The notes below the pieces were generated by a model. That model did no database searches. It saw only the letters and a list, made by a program, of their open reading frames with translations, and had not been told where the DNA came from. A stretch of DNA of 32,906 nt from Blastocystis sp. subtype 4 (lineage: Eukaryota), in the NCBI RefSeq assembly GCF_000743755.1, contig NW_014569446.1, forward strand, positions 1 through 32,906, given 5' to 3'. Every line of letters starts with the position of its first letter. Within the stretch, counting starts at the first letter, position 1. A program made the translations under genes and the position numbers. Of this stretch, positions 11,575 to 23,584 are shown piece after piece.

Positions 11575-12579
11575 TCATGAAACAGACAGCCCCAATTCTT
11601 TCAGAATAAAAGGATTCGATGGAACAACACCATAGTATGTCAGCAACCACTCGGCAATGACATTTCTATCAGCAAACATATAGAGTAGATATTGAACAGA
11701 ACACAAGACAGCAAGATATTCAATAAACCCTCTCCAGAAATGCATACGATGACAATGAGGATAGAAACGAAGTTGCGTCCCTATTTGTCAAAACAGTTAA
11801 CTAGACCGACAGCCATCATCTTGGTAGTCAAAACAGACATTCTCTGCAGTTTGTTTAAGACACATCTCCATTGTCATCGTAACAGCTACGAATCAGAGTA
11901 GACATAAACAAACACATTTGCATTCTTCAATTCGACCTAGTAGAGTGAAAGCAAGAATTCCAAAGAAAGAAAAGAGTAAAAGCAGTACTTTGGAACAGTG
12001 ATACTGAAAAGAATGGGATGGACCATAAATAGCCATTTCAATATATTCCATGATCATCATCAGATTAATTGGAATAGCATAGAGTCCGACTGCCTATAGG
12101 TGAAAGAATAGACCAAAGCTCACAAACTCATGTAGTAGAGGATACGATCCCATTTCAAATGCAGCTGTCATGACCATACCCACTGCAGAGAGGACACTAA
12201 ATAAGAGGATAATCCATTGACAAAGCAAATACAAGTTTCGCTTCCAAGGGACTGGAATCGTTGATGCAAATTGTCGCATCACAGAATAGTAATCCCATGA
12301 AAAGACAATCCAAGGACCAAAGCCAATGAACGACCCAAGAAAGAACGACCACCATCCAAGTCCACTCCTAGTGACTTCTGACACATAAGCATACATACAA
12401 CCACCTTGAAACTCATTAATGATTGGAGAAACAATTGCGGAAAAAAGAACCCCCACAGAAGCTCCATAGTAAGCGATAATCCCTCCATATACTTTCAATG
12501 CATTCCATAGATCCAAGGTCCAATTCTTAGTTTCGTTAGAATGGAATACATGGATGCTATCCACTCTTGATAACCTCAT
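11575..12579 (-). CDS. Multi-pass membrane protein, probably Frag1/DRAM/Sfk1 family
   Basis: About 6 hydrophobic segments, AYVSE after TM1, TAAF....YPLLH and a final EYLAV helix. Three 30-nt introns. Confidence 0.55.
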
Positions 12580-12717
12580 ACTGATAAAATAGGATCATTT
12601 CAATCTACGGATATTGTTTTAGTGTATCTGCCGAATTCTTCCCAATTCTGGGAGACGAGTATTGATTTGTTTTTCGACTCCAGACAAGCTCTTCATCTAT
12701 GAGTATTGGGAGTTGAA

Positions 12718-13538
12718 ATGGTAGAAATCGGAAAGAAAGAACCGTTAAAAAAGCATAATAAGGGAAAGATTCGTGGAAACGGTCCTAAGGATAAACAAAA
12801 GAAGGCAGTCGTGAAGAAGTCAAGGGCGCGTTTGAAGGCATGTGACCCCTTTTCTGGAAAACAATATGATATGGAAACAAAAGAGGAAGTTAATCTTGAA
12901 CCCGACAATAGCGAAATGGAAGACTATGTGGACAACGTAGATGACGATATTAGCACATATACATCGTTTAAGGAAAAACCAAAGTATCGACGAGATAGTA
13001 GGAAGGAGAGGTGTTTTAATCATGAATAGTCATTTTTGCTGAAGAACTAGATACAATGAAACAACAGAAGGAAGAAAAACGAGTGACTGTACCTTCTGTG
13101 AGAGTGATTGAAACAGGTTATGTGTAGGATCAGGACCGGCGACAACAGGGAGAGTCTCTACGTGAATACTATCGACGAATGAGGAAAGAAAAACATCAGA
13201 TTCAAGTGGAAGAGATACGAAAAGCAAGGAAGACAAGTGATAAGAAGAAACGATATTTGGAGAAGAAGAAGTTGCTGAAGCAACAAAAGATGGAAGCAGA
13301 ACGTACAGAAAGAGAGGAACGAGAAGAGGACATCAGACAGCATACTGTGAAGGGATATGCAGAGCAAGCAGAACGACCTCCACAACTGAATGAAATTATT
13401 GACAAGATGATAAAAAGTAACAAATCCTTTGAGCGAGAACAGCAGAGGCTCCGAAAAGAGAAGCCCAAGATCGATCGGAAGAAAGCTCTAGGACTTTGTC
13501 GGCAGAACATGAGTCGGTTTGATTACTCTCTTTGTTAG
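12718..13538 (+). CDS. Basic coiled-coil nucleolar-type protein, CCDC137-like
   Basis: KACDPF, QQGESLREYYRRM and EQAERPPQL blocks in a Lys/Glu-rich protein. 2 introns. The stop is probably poly(A)-created at 13524. Confidence 0.55.
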
Positions 13539-13599
13539 AAATAATCCAAGTGTTGAGAAGCAATTTCATAGAGTTTGCTTACAAACATATCAAGATATA

Positions 13600-14870
13600 T
13601 CACATCATAGGCATCTCACCTCCATTCTGAACATTGATAACTAGATTTGACTCTTGAGGGACAGGATTGCCGACAAGAATAAGATTCCCACTCATCACAT
13701 TATCAACCCCTTCATTCTTCATTGTAGAGGCAGGGAATTGTTCTTCAAATGGCTTGTCTTCCAACTTCGCTTCTTCTCCATAAGTAATTGTAAAGTCTTC
13801 TCCTCGTGGACGCTTTGCTGATGGAATGGTGATGTATCGCTTATGTGTCCGAGCACTTATTGATCTCTCTGATTTGAGATAAGCTCGAAGCTGAGCAACA
13901 CGTTCAGGAGAGAAGTTTTCCTTCAAATAGTTGAAAGCAAGGAACTGACAATGCGAGCGTAATACATCAGCTGCCACATTGAGGGAATTATCAGTATTTT
14001 GCTAGAATGAATATCTATCAATTCACCTACTCGCATTGCTTCGTCAAACTTCTCTTGGAACACCCTTCGAATCTCATCATCTGGCTGAATCTGCTCGTTC
14101 AAAAAGTCTACTCGACGCTTGGTCACCATAGCTGCTTTCTGTGTCTCCAGTAAACGACGGAGATAAGGGAAAATGACACGATTACGTGTAGTAAGGCGCT
14201 GAGATAGATTGTTATCAGGGAACACAGAAATAGAGACGACTCCTGCTGCATCCGTTGAACTCTGAGCTCTTCCTTGCGATAACAAAACTCGAATCTCCTC
14301 AAGCTCAGGATCGTCCTCAAAGAGATATCCACGCTCGTAGAGCTTCAGAATTGTATCATAGTACAAATTCATGAACTGTGTGGATGTCACATCAAAACGA
14401 TATTTACTGGACTGGTTAATGAGGGACTGAAGATACTGTTGGTGGGTCTCACTTCGGGCAATAACGTCGATTGCCGTGTTCTAGGAAATCAACAACCCCT
14501 TCCATACCCACTTTCACAACTGAACCAATATAACTTGTATGCTTCGGCATTTGAAACTTACAATCACAATCACTTCGCTTAGCTGTTTCCACCATAACAT
14601 ATCCAAGGACATCCTTCAGAGATGAATACAGACTGTCTGCAACTCGCGAGATCTTCAACTGCTGACCACGTCCAAAGTAATGGAGATCTGTGCTTATACC
14701 ATTTATTGCTATGTGTGAGTCTCACAAAAAGAACTCATACAGTCATCTTCTCCGTCTCGGTTTGTGCGGTCACAAATGATGTTCAACATCTCCCTGCACA
14801 CCTCGATAGCCTTCTGTGCCAGTGTCTCTGTGCTCACCTTTTCAGCCTTATATGTTTTCGGAATAGGCAT
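13600..14870 (-). CDS. Unknown protein, 3 introns
   Basis: ATG at 14870 (MPIPKTYKAEKV). Three 29-33 nt GT-AG introns link the minus-strand ORFs 14449-14658, 13923-14390 and 13600-13977 into one frame. Confidence 0.6.
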
Positions 14871-15020
14871 CGCAAATCAAATTCAAAGAGTGAAAGAAAA
14901 AGCCAGAAATATAGGTAAGGGGTGGGAGAAATAATCGCAACAAATCCTGGCACTGCTTTCAATTATATCAGTAATACACCTAATATAATATAGAAATTGG
15001 GTCCTCTATGTATCTATCTA

Positions 15021-15956
15021 ATGTCCCAATTAGATCTGGGGAAATACAACATGGATCCTAATAACAAATACATAAAGAGCTTTTTCAGTGAATCTGAATC
15101 CCACTATCAATGCTGCTATGACACATACTCTGTATCTTCTTGAGAGGTTAGTATTTCACCGTCTATTCTTTATTTGGCATTCTTCGTCCCATCGATGGCC
15201 TAGATCCCGAATCGATTGATCCAATACCGAAATCGGGACTATTTTGTGATTGTTATTTCTTCTTATGCAGGATCCGTCCGCTAATCAATCACTACTAATG
15301 GACCAGCAAGAAATGCATGAAGTTAGTCTTGTTCTTTATGAGTAGCGAAGAGAGCAACGAGTCTATGAATGTTGGAGTTCAAGAAATTGGAGGACGATAC
15401 TTTCTCGAGATGGATAATAATCTTCTGAGTCTGGAAGAATTGTCCAAGTACCGTAAGGTCTTCATTGCTAATAATCTGTTCTATATTTATATCTATATGG
15501 TAGAATTGGTTGTTGAGTAATATGATAGGGTCTGAGTGTATTGATTCTAGTCAATTCGTTTTTCCTTTCGTTAGTACATGTGATTATATCTGGTGTTCTC
15601 AATTTTTTAAGTGGCATCATTATTTATTACTCATTTCGGAGTAAATCAACTCATTATTCAGTCTATGTATGAATTGGTGCCATATATTATGTTATAGGCG
15701 TGCACCGGACTCATTGTTGGTGTTTTGTCGTGTGGAATAATCATCTTCACTCTGAATACGAATGGAAAAAGTCCCATATTCTATGTCACAATTCTTTTAG
15801 AGTGTATTATTGAGTTCTTTGTTCTTGTATGTTTGGGATGTGACTTTGATCTAGATGATGCTCTCCTTTATCTTAACAAGAATACAAACGATTCTACGTA
15901 TTGTCCCAACGTATTGTAGGTATTTTTTCTATTCTATGAGATGTAGTGTACACTGA
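15021..15956 (+). CDS. Unknown multi-pass membrane protein (5' structure uncertain)
   Basis: Exons from ~15350 to TGA 15954-15956 splice in frame through short introns and encode about 4 hydrophobic segments. The N-terminal exons are unresolved. Confidence 0.4.
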
Positions 15957-15983
15957 ATTGTTCAGTCTTTGTTAACAAACACT

Positions 15984-17539
15984 TTACTTTGACTGGATAA
16001 GCTTTTCCAACTGCTTACTGCACGCTACAAATAATGATCAATCTCTAATTTACGTTGTATTATCTTCTTCTCTTTCAAATTACCTAAAAAGGGATTTGCA
16101 GGATTGAGCGTATCGATATCCAGATTCGTCAGTTTGGGCACATCTACACATCATCATTCTTTCATCTCCTCACTGTCAATTTCAATCTGAGTACAATTAT
16201 TTAGACATTTTCCACGAACAATCCATTGTTTCAAGGAGGGTAGATCTACTTGTCATTTCTCTAGTTTTGTATTACTGATCAACTGGAGTAGCACAGAGAA
16301 ATTCAAACAATCATCACCCAATACCAGAGTCTCGAGTTCAGGCATGTCTTCGATTACAGCATTATTGGCATAGCGGAAACAGAAGTTCCCAATGACTAAT
16401 CGTTTCAATTCATAAAATCCACGCAATTCCATTGACCTGCATCCGAAGAAGTTGTTTCCTGGAGCTCCTTCAGTTCCGATGGAGCTTTCACTTAATAGAA
16501 GTTCACGAAGACTAATCAAATCTACTTGTCACCCATCTTTGGAACCTACACTCCATACGAACTTCTGAGAATTCAAAAAACGATCCTACGTCAATAGAAA
16601 TGGATTCCAAACGAGGACAGTTTATAATTTCGCAATAACGATTCTCTCTTTCAATCAATTCACTGATTCTAGGAGGAATGACTGGTGCGTGGAGATTTGT
16701 GAAACTATACTTTCCGATCTTCACGGTAATCAAATCACGGAGATACCGTAATCCGAATGACTTCACATTCTGACAGCAATTATCTCCAATCACAAGGGAA
16801 CGCAGACGGCGGCATTCGTAAAGATCCATCGACACAATCTCATTCAAGGAGTTGTCTGCGATTGTGATCGTCTCTGTTAGTGTGCTCAGCAGGTCAATAT
16901 GTTCAAAACGGGAAATAAACACATCTGTTGAAATCAGCTCATCCTCCAAATATAATCCAGCTACTTCGAGTTCACCATGACGATTGTATGTTTTCCCTTC
17001 TCCATGGCGAACATCACGACACCAAAGACCATCATAAGAAACAGTGAGTGGTAGCACATTTGGATAATAACTGACACCATATCCCTCACGACCTCCACGA
17101 ATGAATGTACCTTTATAAATAAGGTTATTGTCGGCGTCATAGATACACCCTTCACCACAAGGTTCACCATCAACCGTCTCTCCTTCCCAATGACTTCCAT
17201 CTTCACCATCCACAATTCCAGGCACAGCATTAGCTGAAGACATAATAGACTCGTCAATAGGCTCATTATCTTTAAACTGCATTCTCCGAATCACTCGTTT
17301 TGTGATTCTATCATAAATAAAACCATCTCCATTTTTCATTCCATTCTTCCATGACGTTACCAACACTTCATTTCGATGTTCACCATCATACAATGCTCTT
17401 CCCATTCCCTCCTTTTTGAAATTAACTAGTCGAGTTTGATATCGTTCAACTTCATACTGCGAAGGATATGCTACAGTCTGACTGCGAAACAGACTTCCTT
17501 CTATTATTGAGCTTATCCACAATTAATTCGCCTACCCAT
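15984..17539 (-). CDS. MORN-repeat plus leucine-rich-repeat (IGxxCF/SF-type) protein
   Basis: MORN units (WEGETVDGEPCGEGCIY, YKGTFIRGGREGYGVSYY, YDGLWCRDVRHGEGKTY) are followed by LRSLVIGDNCC, LITVKIGKYSF and LKRLVIGNFCF repeats. The first coding exon is ATGG only. Ends TAA 15984-15986. Confidence 0.8.
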
Positions 17540-17703
17540 TGTATTAGTATAAGGAATGATATTATATGTAAAGGATTTATGTAGGTTATTAGTCGTTTAA
17601 TAGTTATAAATAACTTTACATACTATCTTGATAATTAGAAAACAAACATCTGGGAATCAACCAAAAAGATAATGAATGTTATGAAGAGAATCCATTGAGA
17701 TAG

Positions 17704-19329
17704 TCATATTGAAGGCAACCCTCCATGAGTTACCTCACTCTCTGGATTCTCCGTCTTCTCGTAAAGGATGTTCTCCTCACCATTAGATTCTGTTTTCTTG
17801 CAACATTCAAATTCTTTGAATTCTTCTCCAATAAAGGTAAAATGTTTCACAGGATGACCTCTGATATTGGAATACAAATGTTGAAGTTGATCTAGCGGGA
17901 ACTGGGTATACATCTGTAAGAAGTACTTCGTATCAATATCTGAATCAAACTGGAGATGCAGCGGAGGTTCAATTTCGCCTCGTTCTAATGCATACCAATC
18001 GATTTTCTAGATGTCACCCATATTGGTGTTTGGAACCTTGAAAAAAGGATGCTGCTTCAATTTTGCCACACCACCAATCTGCGTGAATGTTGCTTTTTCT
18101 GCTCCTAACCGTTTCGATACATCACGTTCCAGAAGGCCTCGTAATAAAGAATGAAGGTCCTTCGAGAGGAATGGTGGGAGTTTCAGCTTGCTTCGCATGA
18201 TCATATCAAGCATCTTTTTGCGACTATTGCAAACAAATGGAGGATTACCTGAAGTCATCTCATACAGTAAACAACCAACTGACCACCAATCTACTGCCTT
18301 TCCATAAGGAGCACTCTGAGCAATCACTTCAGGTGCCATGTAATCATATGTACCACAAACCCGATTGTCGTACATATCATTATCAGGATCAGGAGATGCT
18401 TCAGGAGAGGAACAAGGAACATTTTGCATTCGGTCATAACATACCCCAAGATCACACACGACAACATGACCAGTTGAGGAAATAAGGATATTCTCGGGTT
18501 TGATATCTCGATGAATGATTCCAGCCTTATGAAGACTCTCAATTGCCAGGATCACTTCCGCAATGTAGAAACGAGCGGAATCCTAATTCTAACTGCGATA
18601 TTCATTAGTAACCTCATCAAAGAACCCTCTGTCAAGAATATGCTTGAATAGTTCTCCTCCCTGACAAAAGTCCATGATCAAGTACAGCTAATCGGAAACA
18701 CCAATTCGTATTCTATACATTTTCTGCAGTCTGAAACGAGCAATACAGATTCACGATAAAAGGATTCTTTAACTAGAAGTGACAATCGAAGAGCAATCTG
18801 ACCCTTGCCATCACACGACGTTCATGTACAGCACTGTCTAGTGCCGTTTGAGACTGGAACACAACTTTGTCAAGCACTTTCATAGCATAGACACGCTGAT
18901 TCAGTAGGCAACGAACAAGGATCACTCTTGCTGTAGCACCTTTCCCAAGTAGACTAATCATTTCAAAGTGTTGCGGTCCAAGAGAGGTATCATCTCCCAC
19001 TTGATCCTTCATTGAAAGAAATGTTTCTGTTACCACCTTTGCGCCAATCCCATCCACTGATTCAATAAGATCTTGGATGGTACATCCTGATTCATGAGTA
19101 CCTAGAATAGTGATGTACGTTTTCCTTTCTTCGTTGTACACTCTTTGGGATCCTTTTTGATACTTCGCTCGTTCTTTTTCTATCTCTGATCCTCCCTCAT
19201 CTGTAATACCCGTCCTTTTGATCCCTTACTCTGCTGTCGAGCTTGGTTCCGTTTCTTGATTTCTGCTGACAATTACTACCTTTGGAAACACATACCAGAT
19301 AGTGTCTGTAAATCAATGGACTCTTGCAT
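17704..19329 (-). CDS. AGC-group Ser/Thr kinase (S6K/RSK/Akt-like)
   Basis: LGKGATARV, YAMKVL, HRDIKPEN, CDLG, CGTYDYMAPE and DWWSVG, plus an AGC C-tail (IEPP...FTFIG hydrophobic motif). Start is uncertain. Confidence 0.88.
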
Positions 19330-19574
19330 TCTCGTTTTGGTCTCTGTGTGTTTCTTGTAGCGATCCAACTACAAGTATATGGAGATGAATGATTCTTTGA
19401 TATTTGAGATTCTCTTTCCAGATCATCTTCAAGCCATCTCCTCTCCAATTATGAGGTTCTTAATCGTTGTTGCCAAATAATGAGGAAACAGCATTCGTTC
19501 TCCAATCATATTAACGAACGAATAATTGGCTGAAAGCAACATCAATGAATTCTATGTTTTCGAATAATAGAGGA

Positions 19575-22500
19575 ATGTCAGGTGTGAATTGATGTACGAA
19601 TGTGATCTCTAGGTTCCATTGGAAATGCATCATCCTCTAATCAATCGAATGTAGGAAGTTTCCATAATTAGATAAAGGCATAGAAAGGAACATTCAAACC
19701 ATTTTCTCCGACAGTTGTAGCTTCTTCTCTTTCTATGTGACATATAGTATACTAAGAATGGCCAATCCGTCAAGAACTACAACATATGCTTAATGCGTGA
19801 GTATTCCAAGAAATCTCCACTGCAAGTTCGTTTGGAGGATTATTCAAATGGAAATACATTGGTAGGTATTTTTTTATATTCTAAGTGACTAGAAAAACTC
19901 GGTTAACAAGAATGCAACGTATTCGGGAATGGGTCAGAATTCCTTTGGGTCTAGTAACGCATTTGGTGGTTATGGAAATTCTAATGGAGGTTTTGGAAAT
20001 ACTACAACTGGATTTGGGATGTCGACTCCAAGTGGTTTTGGAGGTTCTGGTAATGCAAGTAGTGGATTTGGTGGTACTGGTAGTAGTTTTGGGAATACTG
20101 CTGGTGGATTTGGTAACAACAATACTGGAGGTGGTTTTGGTACTAATCGTACTGGGGGATTTGGATTTGGTAGTAATAACAACAACAGTGGTGGATTTGG
20201 TAGTAATAACAACAACAGTGGTGGATTTGGTAATAATAACAACAACAGTGGTGGATTCGGTAACAAGGGAGGAGGATTTGGATTTGGTAACAACAATGGC
20301 AGTGGGGGTGGATTTGGCAACAACAATGGAGGAGGATTTGGATTCGGTAGTAATAACAACAACAAGAGTGGCTTTGGATTCGGTAACAACAACAATAATG
20401 GCGGTGGATTCGGCAATAATAACGGTGGTGGCTTCAGTTTTGGTAACAATAACAATAATGGGGGAGGTTTCGGTTTTGGCAATAATAATGGAGGATTTGG
20501 TAATAACAATAATGGAGGTGGTTTTGGTTTCGGTAACAACAATAAGGGGGGCTTTGGGAATAACAATAATGGTGGTGGATTTGGGAATACGAATACTACG
20601 AGTGGTTTTGGATTCGGTAATAACAATGGAGGTTTTGGTAACAATAACAACAAAGGTGGTTTTGGATTCGGCAATAACAATGGAGGTGGTTTCGGATTTG
20701 GTAATAACAATGGAGGTGGAGGATTTGGACTAGGCAATAACAATAATGGGGGGGGTTTCGGTTTTGGCAATAATAATGGAGGATTTGGTAATAACAATGG
20801 AGGAGGTTTCGGTTTCGGTAATAACAATAAGGGGGGCTTTGGTTTTGGTAACAATAATAATGGAGGTGGATTTGGTTTTGGCAATAACAATAACAATGGA
20901 GGAGGATTCAATTTTGGTAACAACAATAATGGAGGTGGATTCAGTTTTGGAAACAATACTTCCAATTCTGGTCTATCAGCAGGAGGCTTCAATGTTCTGA
21001 CAGAACAAGTCCGTGCTAAACCATTCGGTCAGTTTGCATTGTCATCCTTCCAATTATCTCAAAAGGAACCTGACAACAAACAGAACCAGCCCTCATACAT
21101 GGATAAACCAGTCACAGTACCATTGTATAGCCAACAAAAGAAGACTGAAGTGAAGCCTTTAGAACCTCAAGTGATCAAAGAAGAAACGAAAGAGTTGATG
21201 GAAGATAATAGTGAAGAACGAACAGAACGAGTATGTGTGGTTGAATATAAGAAGCACTTTGAAGTGATCTCATGTCAATATGATCTCACTATTGCTGATC
21301 TGAAAGTACTTATTCGTAAGCGTATTACTGGCTGTCCAAATCAGTTTAATCTTCTTTATCATTCTCAAGTGCTATTGAATGACACTGTGATGTTACAGAA
21401 CCTACGTGATGGAGTGTTGTTCACTATCATTCCAGATGAATCAACAAACAAACAATCCCTTGCCACATCCATTGTTCACTATGTTCGTCATGCTCCTTCA
21501 TTGGAAGATCCTTCACTCCATATCACCCCCTCTCTTGATAAACTTTCGCATCTTCTTAATAGTGAATTGGAAGCAGTTCCTCACTTCATTGTCGAAAGGA
21601 AAGGGGTTGCTAAAATCGAATGGCTAGAACCTGTCGATCTTCGTGATCTAGTCATTGATCAGGTCGTATCGATTGAGAATGACCCGAATGGAATGCCATC
21701 GATATCAGTAGGTCTGGTTTCGTTCTTTCATATGTAGGTTTATGGAGACTTGGAAGAGACAGATCCTTCTTATCCTCCTCTGGGTACAGGATTGAATCAT
21801 CCGGCAATTCTCACTTTCTACAACGTGAAGCCACCAGAAGGAGTGTCAAACTTTGATTTGCATGTTCGTGAAGTCACAGAAAAGCTAGGAGCTACATTTG
21901 TGTCCTATGATGAAAAGAGTGGAGAATGGGTGATTCAGGTTCCTCATTTTACTCGTTATGGTCTGTGGGAAAGTAAACGAGATCATGAGGGAGAAGAGTG
22001 TGTTGAGAAGATACGAAGAAAACACCAGCCAGAGAAACAACCTGAGATCAACACAAGAGCTGAAGATCGACATCAGATTCTGCAGTGTATTGAAAAGTGT
22101 CAGCATTCTCGTCGTTCTCAAGAAAATGAATTAGCTTTAAGTTGCAGTAGGTGTGCCCGTCTCACAGGGCCATGGATACTTGAGAATGATCAGATTATCT
22201 CATTTAACCAGTGGGTGAACCGTTCTTCTGTTTGTCCTTCGATATCATCTCTTGAAGTGATTCGTGATCATGTTACTATCTGCGAAGAGAGTGATGTCCC
22301 TGGAATCTCCTTCGCAGATCCAGAGGCAGCTGTACAAGCGGTAATCGCTCTAACTGATACTGCTCGACAAGAACAGAAGGAGTATGAAATGGTTGTCTGG
22401 GAACTGATTCACGTTCTCTTCACACCTGAATCTGAATCCACTCGTCTACGTTTACTTGGACGATGGATTCAGATGGCTCTAAAATGTCCTTATTTTTGTC

Positions 22501-23438
22501 ATTATCAGTGTCATGGTGAAGGTGAAGAGAATGTGTTTAGTAATGTTGTATTGAGTCTTCTTCATCATGATATTCATACTGCATGTAAAACACTTCAGGA
22601 AGCTGGATATGATCGACTTTCTGTACAAGTGGCCCAAATCAATTGTTCTTCTGATTATCAGTACGTCATGTCGACACAAGTACAACGTTGGGAAGGTGAT
22701 GGAATGTTTGAATCAATCTCTTTGTCACAACAGTTGCTTCTGTGGTTATTAGCAGGGGATTTGCCTCATATTATGAAATGGACCTTAAGTTGGGTTGAAA
22801 TGCTGGGTGTGCTACTGTGGTATTGTGGCAATGAGAAGCAATCGATTGATTCAGTTCTTCAACTCTTCCTCCAATCAGTTACAGAGTTTCATGTCGATGT
22901 AACTCCCATCTATCCGAATGCTCCTTCAACGACAATGGATCTGTTAGTAGCATTAATTCGATTGTATGTATCGAGTCACTCCAATCAGTCTGAGTTTACT
23001 TTAGCTGACTGTGTTAAAACAGAGCGTATTTCTGTCATTATGCTGTAATGTGTAGATTATACGTCTGATGTCTTTGATGTGGCCCTAGCATGGAAAATAA
23101 CCGTGATTCTGCAGACAATGTGTCCGTTTGGAGATCCTGCTCTATTCCAATATCTATCTGCTAGCTTCGTTCAACAGTTATTATTGGAAGACGCATGGGT
23201 GTGGAGTTGTTTTGTTCTTCTGTTTCATCCTGAGAGGCAGACTCGAGAAACCATGGTGAAAGATATGATTGCGAGAGCATTGTTTGTCGATTTGGGCGAA
23301 ACTGCGATGGAAAACTTATCAGATTCGGTTCTTTCAAACTGTTCCATTCTAGCTCTTCTTGGTGACTTTAATATTGCTGCTTCTGTTATTTACTCCGTTC
23401 TTGTATAGAAATCGCTAGCCAGTGAATTCTGTTTTTGA
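19575..23438 (+). CDS. NUP98: Nup98-Nup96 nucleoporin precursor
   Basis: Four short 5' introns give MSGSIG...KGTFKPFSPT...NICLMREYSKKSPLQVRLEDY (GLEBS). This is followed by FG repeats, the autoproteolytic domain (PPLGTGLNHPAILT...FVSYDEKSGEWVIQVPHFT) and a Nup96 part (WELIHVLF, AGYDRLS..AQ, FVQQL.....W.WS.FVL). The 3' end is approximate. Confidence 0.92.
19944..20955 (+). repeat. Coding FG-repeat array, unit GGFGFGNNN(N)
   Basis: Dozens of GGTTTTGG/GGATTTGG plus (AAC/AAT)n units. These produce the antisense Pro/Leu ORF 19970-20992. Confidence 0.95.
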
Positions 23439-23584
23439 AATCTTTGTTTGCTACACATCCTTGATTCTAAATACGAGAATTACTATTCCGCGGTTTTTTC
23501 CAGTTTCTCAGCGGATATGCATATGGCAAAAGGTAGCAAAAGAGTGTCTTCAGTTTTGCAGACTTTTTTCAATTTACTTGCATA

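Noticed and set aside
11907..11914. Exact TGTTTGTT at the 5' end of an intron in the Frag1/DRAM-like gene
   Set aside because: Cleavage at -5 would give a non-stop mRNA and downstream exons splice in frame; treated as incidental.
17428..17469. ATATCCTT on the minus strand in the MORN-LRR gene, with an AC about 41 nt later
   Set aside because: No CCTTnAy branch site, the frame is already open, and removal would shift the frame.
18484..18491. ATATCCTT on the minus strand in the kinase
   Set aside because: Encodes the conserved ENIL motif of the catalytic loop; no intron is needed.
19944..20955. Repeat array that could be mistaken for a CRISPR array or satellite
   Set aside because: No constant repeat with unique spacers; variation is synonymous and in frame, so it is coding FG repeats.
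19885..21000. Long alternative-frame and antisense ORFs (19885-20733 +, 19970-20992 -, 20746-21000 +)
   Set aside because: By-products of the stop-poor FG/Asn repeat codons of Nup98.
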